From: Amoebophrya sp. A120
Lineage: Eukaryota; Protista; Dinoflagellata
Length of the DNA stretch: 64,000 nt
Direction of reading: 5' to 3'
NCBI GenBank assembly: GCA_905178155.1
Contig: CAJINV010000018.1
Location: 848,609 to 912,608 of the forward strand
Below the pieces are notes generated by a model. It made no database searches. It worked only from the letters and a program-made list of their open reading frames with translations, and had not been told where the DNA came from. Each line of letters opens with the position of its first letter. Within the stretch, counting starts at the first letter, position 1. The position numbers were made by a program, and so were the translations under genes. Below are positions 13,301 to 24,800 of the stretch, piece after piece.

Positions 13301-16300
13301 GCTCCACGATGGAGGCCGTGCCCTCGGTCTGGCGGTCTGAGGTCGAGTTCACGCCGCTGTTGGCCACGCCCGTCTGCCCGTCGACGGAGCTCGCCCCGTC
13401 CCGAAAAAACTGCGGCACTTCGGACAACCGACGCTCCAGCTCTATGGCGCTCTCAAACGTTACATTCTCAACTGTTACATGGATTTGTCATGCAAAATTG
13501 CCATGAGCCACGAGACGATCAAGCTACCTCGCATGACAAATCCCCAAAGGGCTCAGCAGCGCCTAAATCTGTGCCGAATTTGTGATGCGAGAATTGCAAG
13601 CTTGCCCCGTTCACTGTTGCGGTTCTTGCATCACAAATCCGTGTAACAGTTGAGAATGTAACAGTTGAGAATGCCATAAGCTCTCGTCGCTGCTTGCGCT
13701 CCGCGTGCAACGTGTGGGTCAGGGCAAGCTCGCGGTCTGGGTGGATAATGGGGAGATGAGAGTTTGGGGAATTTTCTCGAGACGATGAGGATGCTGTGTC
13801 AACTACGCAGCAACACAAGATAATGGTGCATTTGCTCGACGTGCTCATCTTCGACTACTAGGAAAAGCATAGTACATTGACCGCAATGGCAAACTACAAA
13901 AACCATAGTACCATTCTGCCCCCCAAAGGGTTCCTGGAGCGGTGATCTTCCATTGTTGGACAAGTCGTTCAAATCGATCATGCCGCCACCGCCCCCGGGG
14001 TGGCTCCCGTTCAGACTCGGGAAGTTCGGGTCCCCGCTCCGCCCGGCCCCCGACCCCGGACCGCCGCCGAGGCCCCCTGGGTACAGCAGTCCGCTGCTGG
14101 TTCCGGGTGACCGCCCGATGTTTTTCTTCGTTTTTTCCATGTGCAAGGCCTCGTTCAGGCGACGAATTTCGTCGCGGGCCTGCTTCAGCAAGTGGTTGTC
14201 CTCTTCCGCGCTTCGTATCTTCACAATTTATCACGATGAAAAAAGAGTTTGCATACAGAGTGGAAGAACGCAATTCGCAGTGGTGCGACATTGAGATTAT
14301 TGTCTTCTGCTTCTTCAGAGCACCAACTGTGTGCGGGTTCTAGGAAAAAGAGCATAGTGATAAAGCTGCTCTGGCAGCCATCAACAACTCTATTTCATGC
14401 ACATCATGAAGCATTTTTCTTTTTGCCTGGATAAATTGCTGTGCACATTCACGTTGGCGATGTTCACAATGGACTTCGCGCGGTTCATGAATTTCAGCGT
14501 GGAAAGGGACTCCTGGAAAGCCTCGTAGGCAGGCGAGATCATGCCGACGATGGTGGTGACACAGTTACCGCCGAGGGAATCCTCCAGCAGCCGGGTCAGC
14601 TTGGAGTCCCGGTAGGGGATGTGGCTCCGGGTCGGGTTTTTGTTGCTGTCCGCCAGGGCGTGGATCACGTTGCCGAGGGACAGCAAAGACGTGTTGATCT
14701 TTTTCGACTCCTCCAGCTGCTGGCCCTTCGTATGGCGTTCTCAAGTGTTACATTCTCAACTGTTACATGAATTTGTAATGCAAGAACGGCAAAAATGAAT
14801 GGGGGAAGCTTGCGCCTCTCGCATTACAGATTTGGCAAAGATTTACATGCTATTTAGCCCCTTCGGAGATTTGTCATGCGAAGCAGCTTAATGGTGGCGA
14901 GCTTGGTGGCAAATTTGCATGACGAATCATGTAACAGTTGAGAATGTAACATTTGAGAATCCCATACTTCGCACCGGTCCAGTGCACACGCTCGGACCCC
15001 GCCAGGTCCACCAGGTTTAATTTCGCAATCCGCACCACCTGCTTCTGCTCGCCCGCGTTGAAAGTTGACGTCGCGCTGGTTGCAGCAGCAGCCCCGACAG
15101 CTGCCCCCGCGTCAGCGTGGTCTGCTCCCGTGGCCTGAACTGGATGATCGTGCTGAAGTTGTTCCGCGCCGCCTTCGTTAGTGGGAGATGGATTCCTGGT
15201 GCCACCTTCTCCGCTATTCACAATGGTACTCTGCTCCACAAGAATCATGAACACGGTGTGACTGCGACTGGAGACCTCGTTGGACTTGGTCTGCGCGATC
15301 ATGCGGGCTTTGCCGCCCTTCTCGTATCCAGGAAGAAACAACCAACATCCCCATCCATTTTTTGCATGACAAATAGTGTATTTTATGCATGTTTTGCATC
15401 ACAAATTGGATGGGGATGGGCGTTTTTTCCTGGATCATATCTCGATCAGCGAGTACACTTCCTTCGGCGACCGCACGATCCATTCCGACAGGTTGTCGAC
15501 GAAAACGCCGCGCTTCTTGTCCTCCCGAATGTTCATGCTCGTCACCGGCTCGGTTTCCTGCTGCCCCCAGTTGCGCTCCTGGCTGCGCTCGCGGAGGTTC
15601 GGAATGGCGTGCTGGTTCCTGTTGGAGGTTTTGCTTTTGTCATTGTCGTGGTGATTGGAAAATTAAAATTTCCTATAGTCGTTAGATTCAGATTTGATTG
15701 CCTTCTTCAAGACAACGGGGTTGTAGAGCAGAAAAGTCAAACGGCAACGTCCGGGACATAATTTGAAAAGACTACGAACGAACGTCGTACTTCTGCTGTT
15801 TATCTCGGTCGTTATTTCCCGGCTGCCCTCCGGACACGGCCCCCGCAGCTACCGAATTGGGGGGCTTAAGCAAATCCGATATTTGCTCGTTGTAGATCTG
15901 CAGGTAGCTGGCCCGCACGATGAAGCGGGCCTTGCGGTCTTCGAAATTAGCGATCGAGTCGAATATTGCATCCATCGACCGTGCTATAATCCCCCGCTTC
16001 TCGTCCTTTCGGTCGTAACAGAAGCCCTCCATCGTGTGGGTCTTACCTTTTTTGTCAATCAGATGGCGGACGATCATTCGCGATTCTTTTGTCAGCAACA
16101 TAATTATTTGGAAATAAGAACGCACTTCATTAACCCGAACAACTCGAGCCGCTTGCCAAGACACTTGGTTGTCAACATCATCCAACTAAAGAACCAAACC
16201 CCTAGTCGGTAGAACTAGCTCATACCTGTTCCCGTCTGTCCATAGGCTAAAATGGTTGCGTTGTAGCCCTCGAGGACTGCCTGCGTCGCGTAGTGCCCGG

Positions 16301-16889
16301 TGGATTCGTACACTTTCGCTTGGCCGTCCGCCGGGCCGTGGGCGTGATTGAATGTGAAGACGTGGTTCGCGAATACGAGGAAATTTCCGCTCGTAATGAA
16401 ATCCGCTGACGCCGCCGCTTTGGCCGCCGCACTCTTGGAGTTGTTGTGGTCCTTATCTGAAGCCGAGTTACTCGAGCCGCTACTGCTCCCGTGTTCGTTG
16501 CTCGGCACGAGCTCCTGCAGCGTCACGGACTGGTTGTTGGGGTCTACCTGGCAGATCTGGTGGTATTTACCGCCCTCCTTTTCCCGGTCAATTGGTGGAC
16601 GAACCCGGATGACAACACGGATGTTGTGTTTCTGGTTGTGACTGTTCGTGATCTCTCCTTGTTGCTGTGCTGTGTAATGATCACCGAATGAGCCAGCACC
16701 TCCGTAGCTCTGCAAAAAGCCCCCTGGTGCGGTGGAACCAAGGCTCATCATGCCAGTTGTAGTACCTGAAGTCCTTCCGATGGAGCGGTTTTGAGAACGC
16801 GACCGCTCGCCCGACCGACCCCGCCGCATCGCCGGAAACGACTGGCGCAGGAAAAGCCCGGGGTCCGGATACGTGGCGGCACGGTCCAT
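10367..16889 (-). CDS. Kinesin motor protein with coiled-coil and Q-rich low-complexity tail (multi-exon; 3' end approximate)
   Basis: IRVVIRVRP; GYNATILAYGQTGT|GKTHTM across canonical intron 16047-16225; SYLQIYNEQISDLL; NEVSSRSH; LVDLAGSER; INTSLLSLGNVI; HIPYRDSKLTRLLEDSLGG. Confidence 0.93.
10660..10809. mobile_element. Introner family A
   Basis: TIR TAT-N-CAAAAGTATCGTAC; TSD cccgc/cccgc. Confidence 0.9.
10848..11106. mobile_element. Introner family B
   Basis: AATGTCTGGGTCTG / CAGACCCAGACAT; TSD gatcg/gatcg. Confidence 0.9.
12621..12770. mobile_element. Introner family F
   Basis: TIR AAATTTCCYGTACAYGTACAAA; TSD gcgtt/gcgct; near-identical to 36464-36613. Confidence 0.9.
13443..13678. mobile_element. 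Introner family C
   Basis: TIR TATGGC..CTCAA..GTTACATTCTCAACTGTTACA; TSD agctc/agctc. Confidence 0.95.
14731..14966. mobile_element. Introner family C
   Basis: TSD cttcg/cttcg; removal gives WTGAK|GQQLEESKKIN. Confidence 0.95.
15325..15439. mobile_element. Short introner (D-like)
   Basis: CATCCCCATCCA / TGGATGGGGATG; TSD tctcg/tctcg; removal gives SLIE|KGGKAR. Confidence 0.85.
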
Positions 16890-17355
16890 GACGCAGTTTT
16901 ATTCCGCTGGGTTGCGAGCTTTACGTAGTTCTTGCACCCGTTTCTACAAGGAGCAGGGATGTACTTAGTCGCGCTCCCGAGCAGCTACCGTGTATGCGTC
17001 GATGGTGACGCCCACACGAGGATCTTCTGTGACGCCCTCATTTTCCGTTTCAGCTATTGGGGTTCGGGTTGCCGTTCCCTTCATGTTCTTCATTTGCTTC
17101 TCATATAGATACCTATCATCGTTGCATGCACGACCACGTACTTAGAAACCAATTTTCCATCGGCCTCGTTTTCTGGTCGCCCATGCGTCACTTCATTCTC
17201 TACTCAAAATTGGAGGTCTACTTCGGATGAGCAACAATTGTAGGTACATATTTTCATCTTTGACTCCAGCTCTTTTGCAATCAGTTTTTGCTTCATCTCG
17301 ACCTAAAAGCGCGTTGCACTAGACAAGACAATCCTAAGTTGTTGTATCAAAAATT

Positions 17356-17510
17356 TATGAACTGCAAAAGTATAAGTATCGTACTCGTAGTATTGCAATA
17401 GAAATTACCAAAGCATGCCAAATGGGATTTCTCATGCTGATTTAGCTTGGCGAAGAAATTTGTCTTGCATGACTGCGATTAGTACGAGTACGATACTTTT
17501 GCACAGGATA
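17356..17510. mobile_element. Introner family A, outside any recognised CDS
   Basis: Family A TIRs; TSD aaatt/aaatt. Confidence 0.85.
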
Positions 17511-17935
17511 AAATTCCAATACTGCCAACGATTGAAATCAAACTCGATCTCCTCGATAACATGGCTCTCTCGAAGCGACGAAATCGTCTTGTTGCAGTCA
17601 CCAACATGACTACATACATGTAGCGCGATGAATACATCTAGTGCGATGAAACGGAAAAAAGAATAAACTCCGTATGCGAACAGTGATGAGCAAACGGAAA
17701 CAGGAAGCTTTATGACGAAAAGCTTGTTTTCACCTCGGATCCGTTCATCGTCCCGAAGACGTTTTTTTTACGGCTATGCATTTGCGTCCCATGTTGATTT
17801 GCACGACTAGTAGCACCTGAACCTGGAGCTGTGACAAAGGTTTCTTAGGGTTGACAAGGGTTTCGAGTTGGAGTTGGTCCTCGTGGCAGCTCAAACTCGT
17901 CCCCCTCCTCCTACTCCTGTCCATGTTTGCAACTA

Positions 17936-20900
17936 CTACTGCCCATTTCTCATGGCTACCTCTTCCCTCCAGTGTTGTAGTATGTTGTTTGCCGTCACCG
18001 TGATATTTGGATTCGGCACCCATCCGGTCAGCTTTCGCAATTTCGAGTTGTCCGCCAACAGCGTTTTCTCGTCGGCCGAGCGCATATGAGAGTGCACAAC
18101 TCCCCCTCCCCCCCATTAATATTTACATTGCTTGACTTCCGGGTTCTGGTCCCGCCTACCCCCCGGCGACAGGTGACCTTGACAGGTGACCGCGACAGGT
18201 GACCTGGACAGGTGACCTCGACAGGTGACCTTGACAGGTGACATTGACAGGTGACATTGACAGGCGACCTTGACAGGCGACCTTGACAGGTGAGCTTGAC
18301 AGGTGACCTTGACAGGTGACCTGGACAGGTGGCCGCGACAGGCGAGGCGAGAGGGTAAAGCAAAGGCGAGACCAGCGCCTGAGCGCAAATATTTATATAT
18401 TTTACACGCCAAATGCCGACGGGGGAAAATGAAAAATAAATTAAAAGCGCCAAAAAAAAAACGCAACGCACAAAATGAAAAAAAACACAACCTGCCTCCA
18501 TAAAAAAAGAAGTCTTTGCGTTGCCATGCAAAAATCTTAAAAAGCGGCTTCCTCTGCAATGCACGGCCAGGAGACAGCTGCTTACTTTGCTCTGTGGAAT
18601 CGGAAAGGCGTTGCGCTTCAATGTTAGAGAACTTTTTTGCAGCAGCCACACAGAGATGTCTACTCTGCTTCTATTTTTGTTTTTTCTTGCAAAATGCAGG
18701 GCGCCTAATTCGCCCTTTTTCCACTAGCGCTTCGCGCACTGAGCCAATACGCGCGCGCCTGGTGTGAGGCGAGGGGCGGACGCTGTCCGCCCCGATGCCG
18801 AACACCCTTCCCCCACTAGCGTTTCGCGCACTAAGCCACTACGCGCGCGCCTGGTGTGAGGCGAGGGGCGGACGCTGTCCGCCCCGATGCCGAACACCCT
18901 TCCCCCACTAGCGCCACTAGGGACGAGCACAAGGCCCCAGCGTGGGGACCCTGTCCCCACGCTCGGGTGGGCCTTGTTTGTCATGCAAAACCCTAAACCC
19001 AAGTGCTTCCCTGTGGCACTGTTTGCATGAGAGAAGCCGGAAGCTCAAACAGCAACATACTAGGCGCATTGATTTGCCATGCGCAGGCTCCATGTGATGT
19101 GCTGGTGTTTGTATTGCTGTTCATGCAATACAAATGAGGGGGACGGGGGGTTGTGCACCCTCATACCGCAGCCTGCTCCTGTCGAACTCCAGATTTATCG
19201 GAATCTTGGCTTCTTTTGTCAGCAGTTGCAGCATGTCCTTGATCGTGTACCCAATGCCCGACCCGACGTTATACGCCTCACCGGGTTTCCCTATCCGGCA
19301 CAACTTCAGAAACACCGGGGCGGAATCCGCCACATCCGTGACGTCGCGCGAGGTGGAAAGATCCCCGTGGTAGAGCGTGTAATTTGAATTACTGCTGGAT
19401 GAAGATCTTCCTGTCGCTTCAGGGTGAATAGAAGTTGCGCTGCAGGTTTGGTTGCTGTTCGTTTTCTTAATTTTGCAGGCATGCTCCAAATCCTCGCGCT
19501 CCCGCTCTGCCTGAGACTCCAGCTCGGCAATCTGCTTCGCGAAATTTTGCAGGCTCAGCTGGTCGGTGCCGCCCTCGGCCATCTGGATAAAGATCCGGGC
19601 CACGATCGTCTTCAGATTGTAGGTTGTAGCGCGCGTATGGTGGCGAAACAGTCTTGAGAACAACTAAGCGTTTTTGCACGTTGTATCTTCTATGACGATG
19701 ATCATCAGGAACAAATTTTACATCTTAATGCTTGCACATACAAAGCCACCACGACCCCATAGAAGACAGTCAGTGTCATACAAGAGGGCAGAGAACAATA
19801 CGAGTTGTTCATCACCCCGAATTTTGAGTGCTGAAAAAAAGCAGGACGTCCTCCAAGACTTATTCACTAACATAGTACATCATGGCCAGATTTTCTTGCG
19901 CAACCTTGGAAACCTGAGATGGATTGAATCAGCAATCAACATCTTCAATATCACCAACTTAATTTGCAGTAGCACGTACCGTGCACAACAACAGTACGTC
20001 GGAAGCAATCCTGTAAAGCACCCAAGCACGTTCCTCTTGCAGAAACACAAATCGACAAAAGACAAAAATGCCCTAAATACCCCATATGGCGTGAAGGGTT
20101 TCAGGTGCGCGGTTTCTGGTATAGGCGTTCCCTCCCAATCGATCGCTGCAGCGCCGTATTCCGCGGAGGATCCCGCGACCAGAATTCGCATCTCCTTCGA
20201 CACGTCGCCGCTGTTCTGCAGCACCCGCACGGCTTCCAGCACATTCAGGGTGCCGATGATGTTCACATTCAAAGACAATATCCTGTGCAAAAGTTGTATC
20301 GTATTCGTACTCGTAGTAATCCCATTCATACATTACAAATTTCTTTCTCAAGTTAAATCCGCATTACAAATTCTATATTCTCTTTCTGAGGAAATTTGTA
20401 TTGCAGTTCATACTAGTACGATACTTTTGTAATGCATAGACAAGGAGGCGGACCCAAAGGAGACGCCGTTGATGGCCTGCGCTGCGAAGTGGAACACGTA
20501 GTCGGGCTTCAACTTTTTCGGCTATCCTGTGCAAACGTGTATCGCACTTCTACTGAACAAACTGATTGCAATCTTGCATGACAACCCTACCTTTTTACCT
20601 GAATTGGCATTACAAATTTCAATTTTCTTTCTGATAAAATTTGTAATGCAATTTGTACTAATACGATACTTTGCAATGCATATCAGCAGGTTGGTCACAA
20701 AAAAAGAATCCGTCACGTCCCCGTACTCCAGCTGTATGCGGTGGACGTAGCCCTTCAGGTTCCGCAAGTTGGAACGCCACCGAGCCAGCACAATAACATT
20801 TTTCGCAGACCCAAATTCGCAGTTGTCTACGGCGTGCTTCACCAACTGACTCCCGATCATGCCCGTGCCCCCGGTAATCAAAATTTGCTCCGTGACGCCA

Positions 20901-21082
20901 TCCCGGAGTGGAGTCCGACAGGCGGAAGTCGTGGCAGTTGTAGTACTAGGGGCCGCTGTGGCTTGCTGTGCTGGCGTGGCAAGAACGAGAACGAAGTGGA
21001 TGCAAAGAGCACGTAAAAGAGAGAACGGCCTCGTGGCTGAGGAGAAGTGAAAAAACGGAAAAAACCAGCAGGACGGAGCCAT
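17936..21082 (-). CDS. GDP-mannose 4,6-dehydratase / RMD-family extended SDR with hydrophobic N-terminal extension
   Basis: ILITGGTGMIGSQL, GDVTD, PDYVFHFAAQA, VNIIGTLNVLEA, GSSAEYG, PYG|VSK, GDLSTSRDVTDV, GEAYNVGSG, RLR|SADEKTLLADNSKLRKLTGWVP. Confidence 0.88.
18167..18342 (+). repeat. Tandem repeat, about 13-bp unit GACAGGTGACCTT
   Basis: About 13 copies directly visible. Confidence 0.95.
18721..18911 (+). repeat. 92-bp direct duplication, each copy with hairpin ggggcggac-gct-gtccgcccc
   Basis: Units start at 18721 and 18813 and are near identical. Confidence 0.95.
20279..20438. mobile_element. Introner family A
   Basis: TSD gacaa/gacaa. Confidence 0.92.
20523..20682. mobile_element. Introner family A
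   Basis: TSD tcggc/tcagc; removal gives TNLL|KKLKPDY. Confidence 0.9.
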
Positions 21083-21839
21083 CTTGATCACAGCAACTAC
21101 GTTGACCAAAAGCAAAAGCAATGAATACTACAGCGATAGACAGTCAAAATAGCGTGGCCCAGGCGGTGTGTGTTACTTATGCGGCCGAAAACGGCAAGTG
21201 TCTACTTGGACCGCGCCCCAGGAGACCGCTCTTAGAATGATGATCGCTTCGAGGGCTAAGTAGTCGGGTAGTCGACGAGAGGAGAGACTGAGTCCGCGGC
21301 GCCGGTGCAAGATCATGATCTAGCAAGTCCAAGTCGTCAGATGAATCAATCAAATTGACTGGCAAGTGCAAGTCGCACTTCTGCTTCCGTGTTGTCATTG
21401 CCTGCGTCGATGCAGCGCTGCGATAAGTACTTGTCAAAAGTTTGAAATGAGTCGAGTGGTTTATGAATGAAGATTGAGACAAGTCTCTATAGTGCCTTGC
21501 ATGTATACTATTCTTGTTTCTGTGGTAAATTGTCCAGCGCTTGTTCCCGTGTGAAAGCATTTGCTTTAGCGCTCGCAAGATTTTTGAGAAGTTGTCTGTA
21601 CTAGTTGTACGAGCTACAGATATATCGACCTTTATCGGCTACTCTTGTTCACCGGATTATTTCTCTTCGGTCTGCTTGCTTTCGCAACAGATTGTTCGGT
21701 CCGACGACTTGTTCTAAAGAGCAGAAGTAACCAATGACGGGGCAACAAACTGGTTCCAGCACTATCTTCACAGCTTGTGCAGACAAAACTACCGGTGTAG
21801 TTCGAATTCTTGGCGAAGATCGTACTATCAGAAGACGAA

Positions 21840-24800
21840 CTACAAACTGACCGCAATTGCGGTCACGTCGTCCCCCGATTGGCTCGACTGCAGCATTTTC
21901 GCCTTTTCACAGCTCGTCCGCAGGTGATCCACCCCGTTCGCAAGCAGTGCGGAAACCAAGGCAGAATTGCTATGACAGTGCACAACTCCCCCTCCCCCTC
22001 ATTTGTCATGCAAAATACCAAATCCACCCTTTGCCCTGTGGCACTGCTTGCATGACAGATTCCCGAACAAACCGAAACAGCACTACAAACAGTCGCAAAT
22101 TTGTCATGCAAAAGCTACATCCATGCGAGGACTTGTGTTGCTCCGGATGCCATCCAAATGAGGAGGAGGGGGAATTGTGCACTTTCATAATTGCTGTACT
22201 GGTTCCACAACCCCTTGGTGCCCAGAATCAAGAGCAGATCCTGGCCCGGATTGATTTTGTACGCGTTCACTTCATATCAACTGCAAAAATGTCTGGGTCT
22301 GGAAGAGTCGGGGCTTGTCATGCAGGTTTTCCATGACGCATGAGGTCTGGAATTGTGTACCTAGCATGACAAACTCTTCGAGGTCTCTAGGATGCCTATC
22401 CTGCATGAGGAATTCCCTCCCAACTTGGTCGAAAGTGGACCGGTTTTGGCACTCATGCAACACAGATCTTTGCATGATTCTGATTTAGCATTGCAAGTTC
22501 CACTCTTCCAGACCCAGACATTTTTGCAATCCATACTTCAGCCTGCGTTTTCACCACGGACAGGTCAGCGGGCAGTCCGAGGTGCCTGTCATTTTTTTTA
22601 GAGACCCTGACGCTCTGAGACCCAAACCAGCGAAACACGACGGCAGCGTGGTTTTCTTGTGTTTAGAATGACGAAAAATAAATACTCATAGCATCGTGAT
22701 TTCGATTTCTCTTGTTTTTTGGGGGATCCGCCTCTCCACGGGGATCCGCCCGCTCCCCGGGGATCCGCCTGTTACTCGGGGATCCGCCCGCTCCCCGGGG
22801 ATCCGCCTTCGCCCAGGGGATCCGCCCGTTCCCCGGGGATCCGCCTTCGCCCAGGGGATCCGCCCGTTCCCCGGGGATCCGCCTTCGTTCGCCCAGGGGA
22901 TCCGCCCCTTCCCCGGGGAACCGCCTTCGCTCAGGGGATCCGCCCGCCGGGGATCCGCCTTCGCGCAGGGGATCCGCCCGCTCCCGGGGATCCGCCTTCG
23001 CTCAGGGGATCCGCCCGCTCCCGGGGGTCCGCCCGCACCCCGGGGATCCGCCTTCGCCCAGGGGGTCCCGTCCGCCCGTTCCCCGGGGATCCGCCTTCGC
23101 CCAGGGGGTCCCGTCCGCCCGTTCCCCGGGGATCCGCCTTCGCCCAGGGGATCCGCCTGCTACTCGGGGATCCGCCCGCTCCCCGGGGATCCGCCCGCTC
23201 ACCGGGGATCCGCCTTCGCCCAGGGGATCCGCTTGTTCCTCGGGCATCCGCCCGTTCCCGGGGGATGCGCCCGTTCCCCGGGGGCTCCGCCCGCACCCCG
23301 GGGGATCCGCCTTCGCCCGGGGGGCCCACCGGTTCTCCGGGGGATCCGCCCGCACCCCGGGGATCCGCCTGTTCTGCGGGGGATCCGCCCGCGCCCCGGG
23401 GGGTCCGCCGGTTCTTCGGGGGATCCGCCCTCGCCCCGGAGGGCCGGCCCGCCTCCCGCGGATCCGCGCGCCCTCGGGGGGTCCAGCCTACGAACTTTCT
23501 TTGGGGGGATCCTCCTCAGCTCGGGGGATCCGCCCTCGCCCCGGTGCGTTCGCCCCAGCCTCCGGGGATCTCCCCTTGCCAGGAGGGATCCGATATTCGT
23601 GCTTGCCCCTCGGACTGCGCCGGCGTCGCGGGGTTTCACTCCCTCCCCGACGGACACCCGGCCAGCCCGGGGCGGGTGCGCCCTTGCGCCAGAGGCTCCC
23701 GCCTTAGGGGTCCTTGCCCTTGCCGCGTTGGCGGTGGGCACGGGCACCGGCACCGGCAAACCGGCGCACATTTCTTGTTTCGGCTTGGTTCTTCCAAGTT
23801 GTCAGCGTGTTGCTGGTTGTCAAAGCGGCGCGTTGACAACCAGCAGCAGGATCGAGATGCGACAACCACACAGAAACAGGAGGCGTCCGCACAACCACCC
23901 GAGGCCTTGAGAATCGAGAGAATGCGCGCCGGTTTGCCGCGATGCCCTGCACTCGAGTGCGTTCCAAAATCTTCCAAAATGTGCGCCGGTTTGCCGCGGT
24001 GCCCGAAATCGACGCTGTGCCGGCGGGGAAAGACCGCGAAGGACGGCGCGAATCCGGCCGGAGGATTCCGGAGAGGATTTTGGAATCCTCTCAGGAATCC
24101 TCTTCCGAAATCGAGGCAATACCGCCGGGGGAAGGGCGCGGAAGACGGCTCAACTTGGGCCAGAGGGTTCCCGAGAGGATTTCGGAATCCTCTGCGGAAT
24201 CCTCTGTGGAATCCGCGCCCGGAATCGAGGCAGTGCCGTCGGGGAAAGGGCGCGAGGGACGGGCCAACTTGGGCCAGAGGATTCCTGAGGGTGGGGATTT
24301 TGGAATCCTCTGCAGAATCCTCTGCGGAATCCTCTCGCGAAATCGAGGTAGTGCCGCCGGGGTAAGGGCGCGGAAGACGGCTCAACTTGGGCCACGGGAT
24401 TCCTGAGAGGATTTTGGAATCCACGGCGGAATCCTCTGCGGAATCCTCTGTGGAATCCTCCCCCGAAATCGAGGCACTGCCGCCGGGGAAAGGGCGCGGA
24501 AGACGGCTCAACTTGGGCCAGAGGATTCCTGAGAGGATTTTGGAATCCTCTGTGGAATCCTCTGCGGAATCCTCTGTGGAATCCTCCCCCGAAATCAAGG
24601 CACTGCCGCCGGGGAAAGGGCGCGGAAGACGGCGCAACTTGGGCCAGAGGATTCCTGAGAGGATTTTGGAATCCTCTGAGGAATCCTCTATGGAATCCTC
24701 CCGCGAAATCGAGGCACTGCCGTCGGCGAAAGGGCGCGAGAGACGGCGCAACTTGGGCCAGAGGATTCCTGAGAGGATTTTGGAATCCTCTCAGGAATCC

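Larger units (their letters stand above)
18116..18976 (+). mobile_element. Non-autonomous Helitron-like element nested in an introner
   Basis: Inserted at ca|tttgtc with no TSD; 3' GC hairpin gcgtggggac-cct-gtccccacgc followed by CTTG; internal hairpin+CTAG duplications. Confidence 0.55.
18085..19165. mobile_element. Introner family E expanded by a nested insertion
   Basis: TIR TATGAGRGTGCACAAC; TSD gcgca/ccgca; removal restores the SDR frame. Confidence 0.9.
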
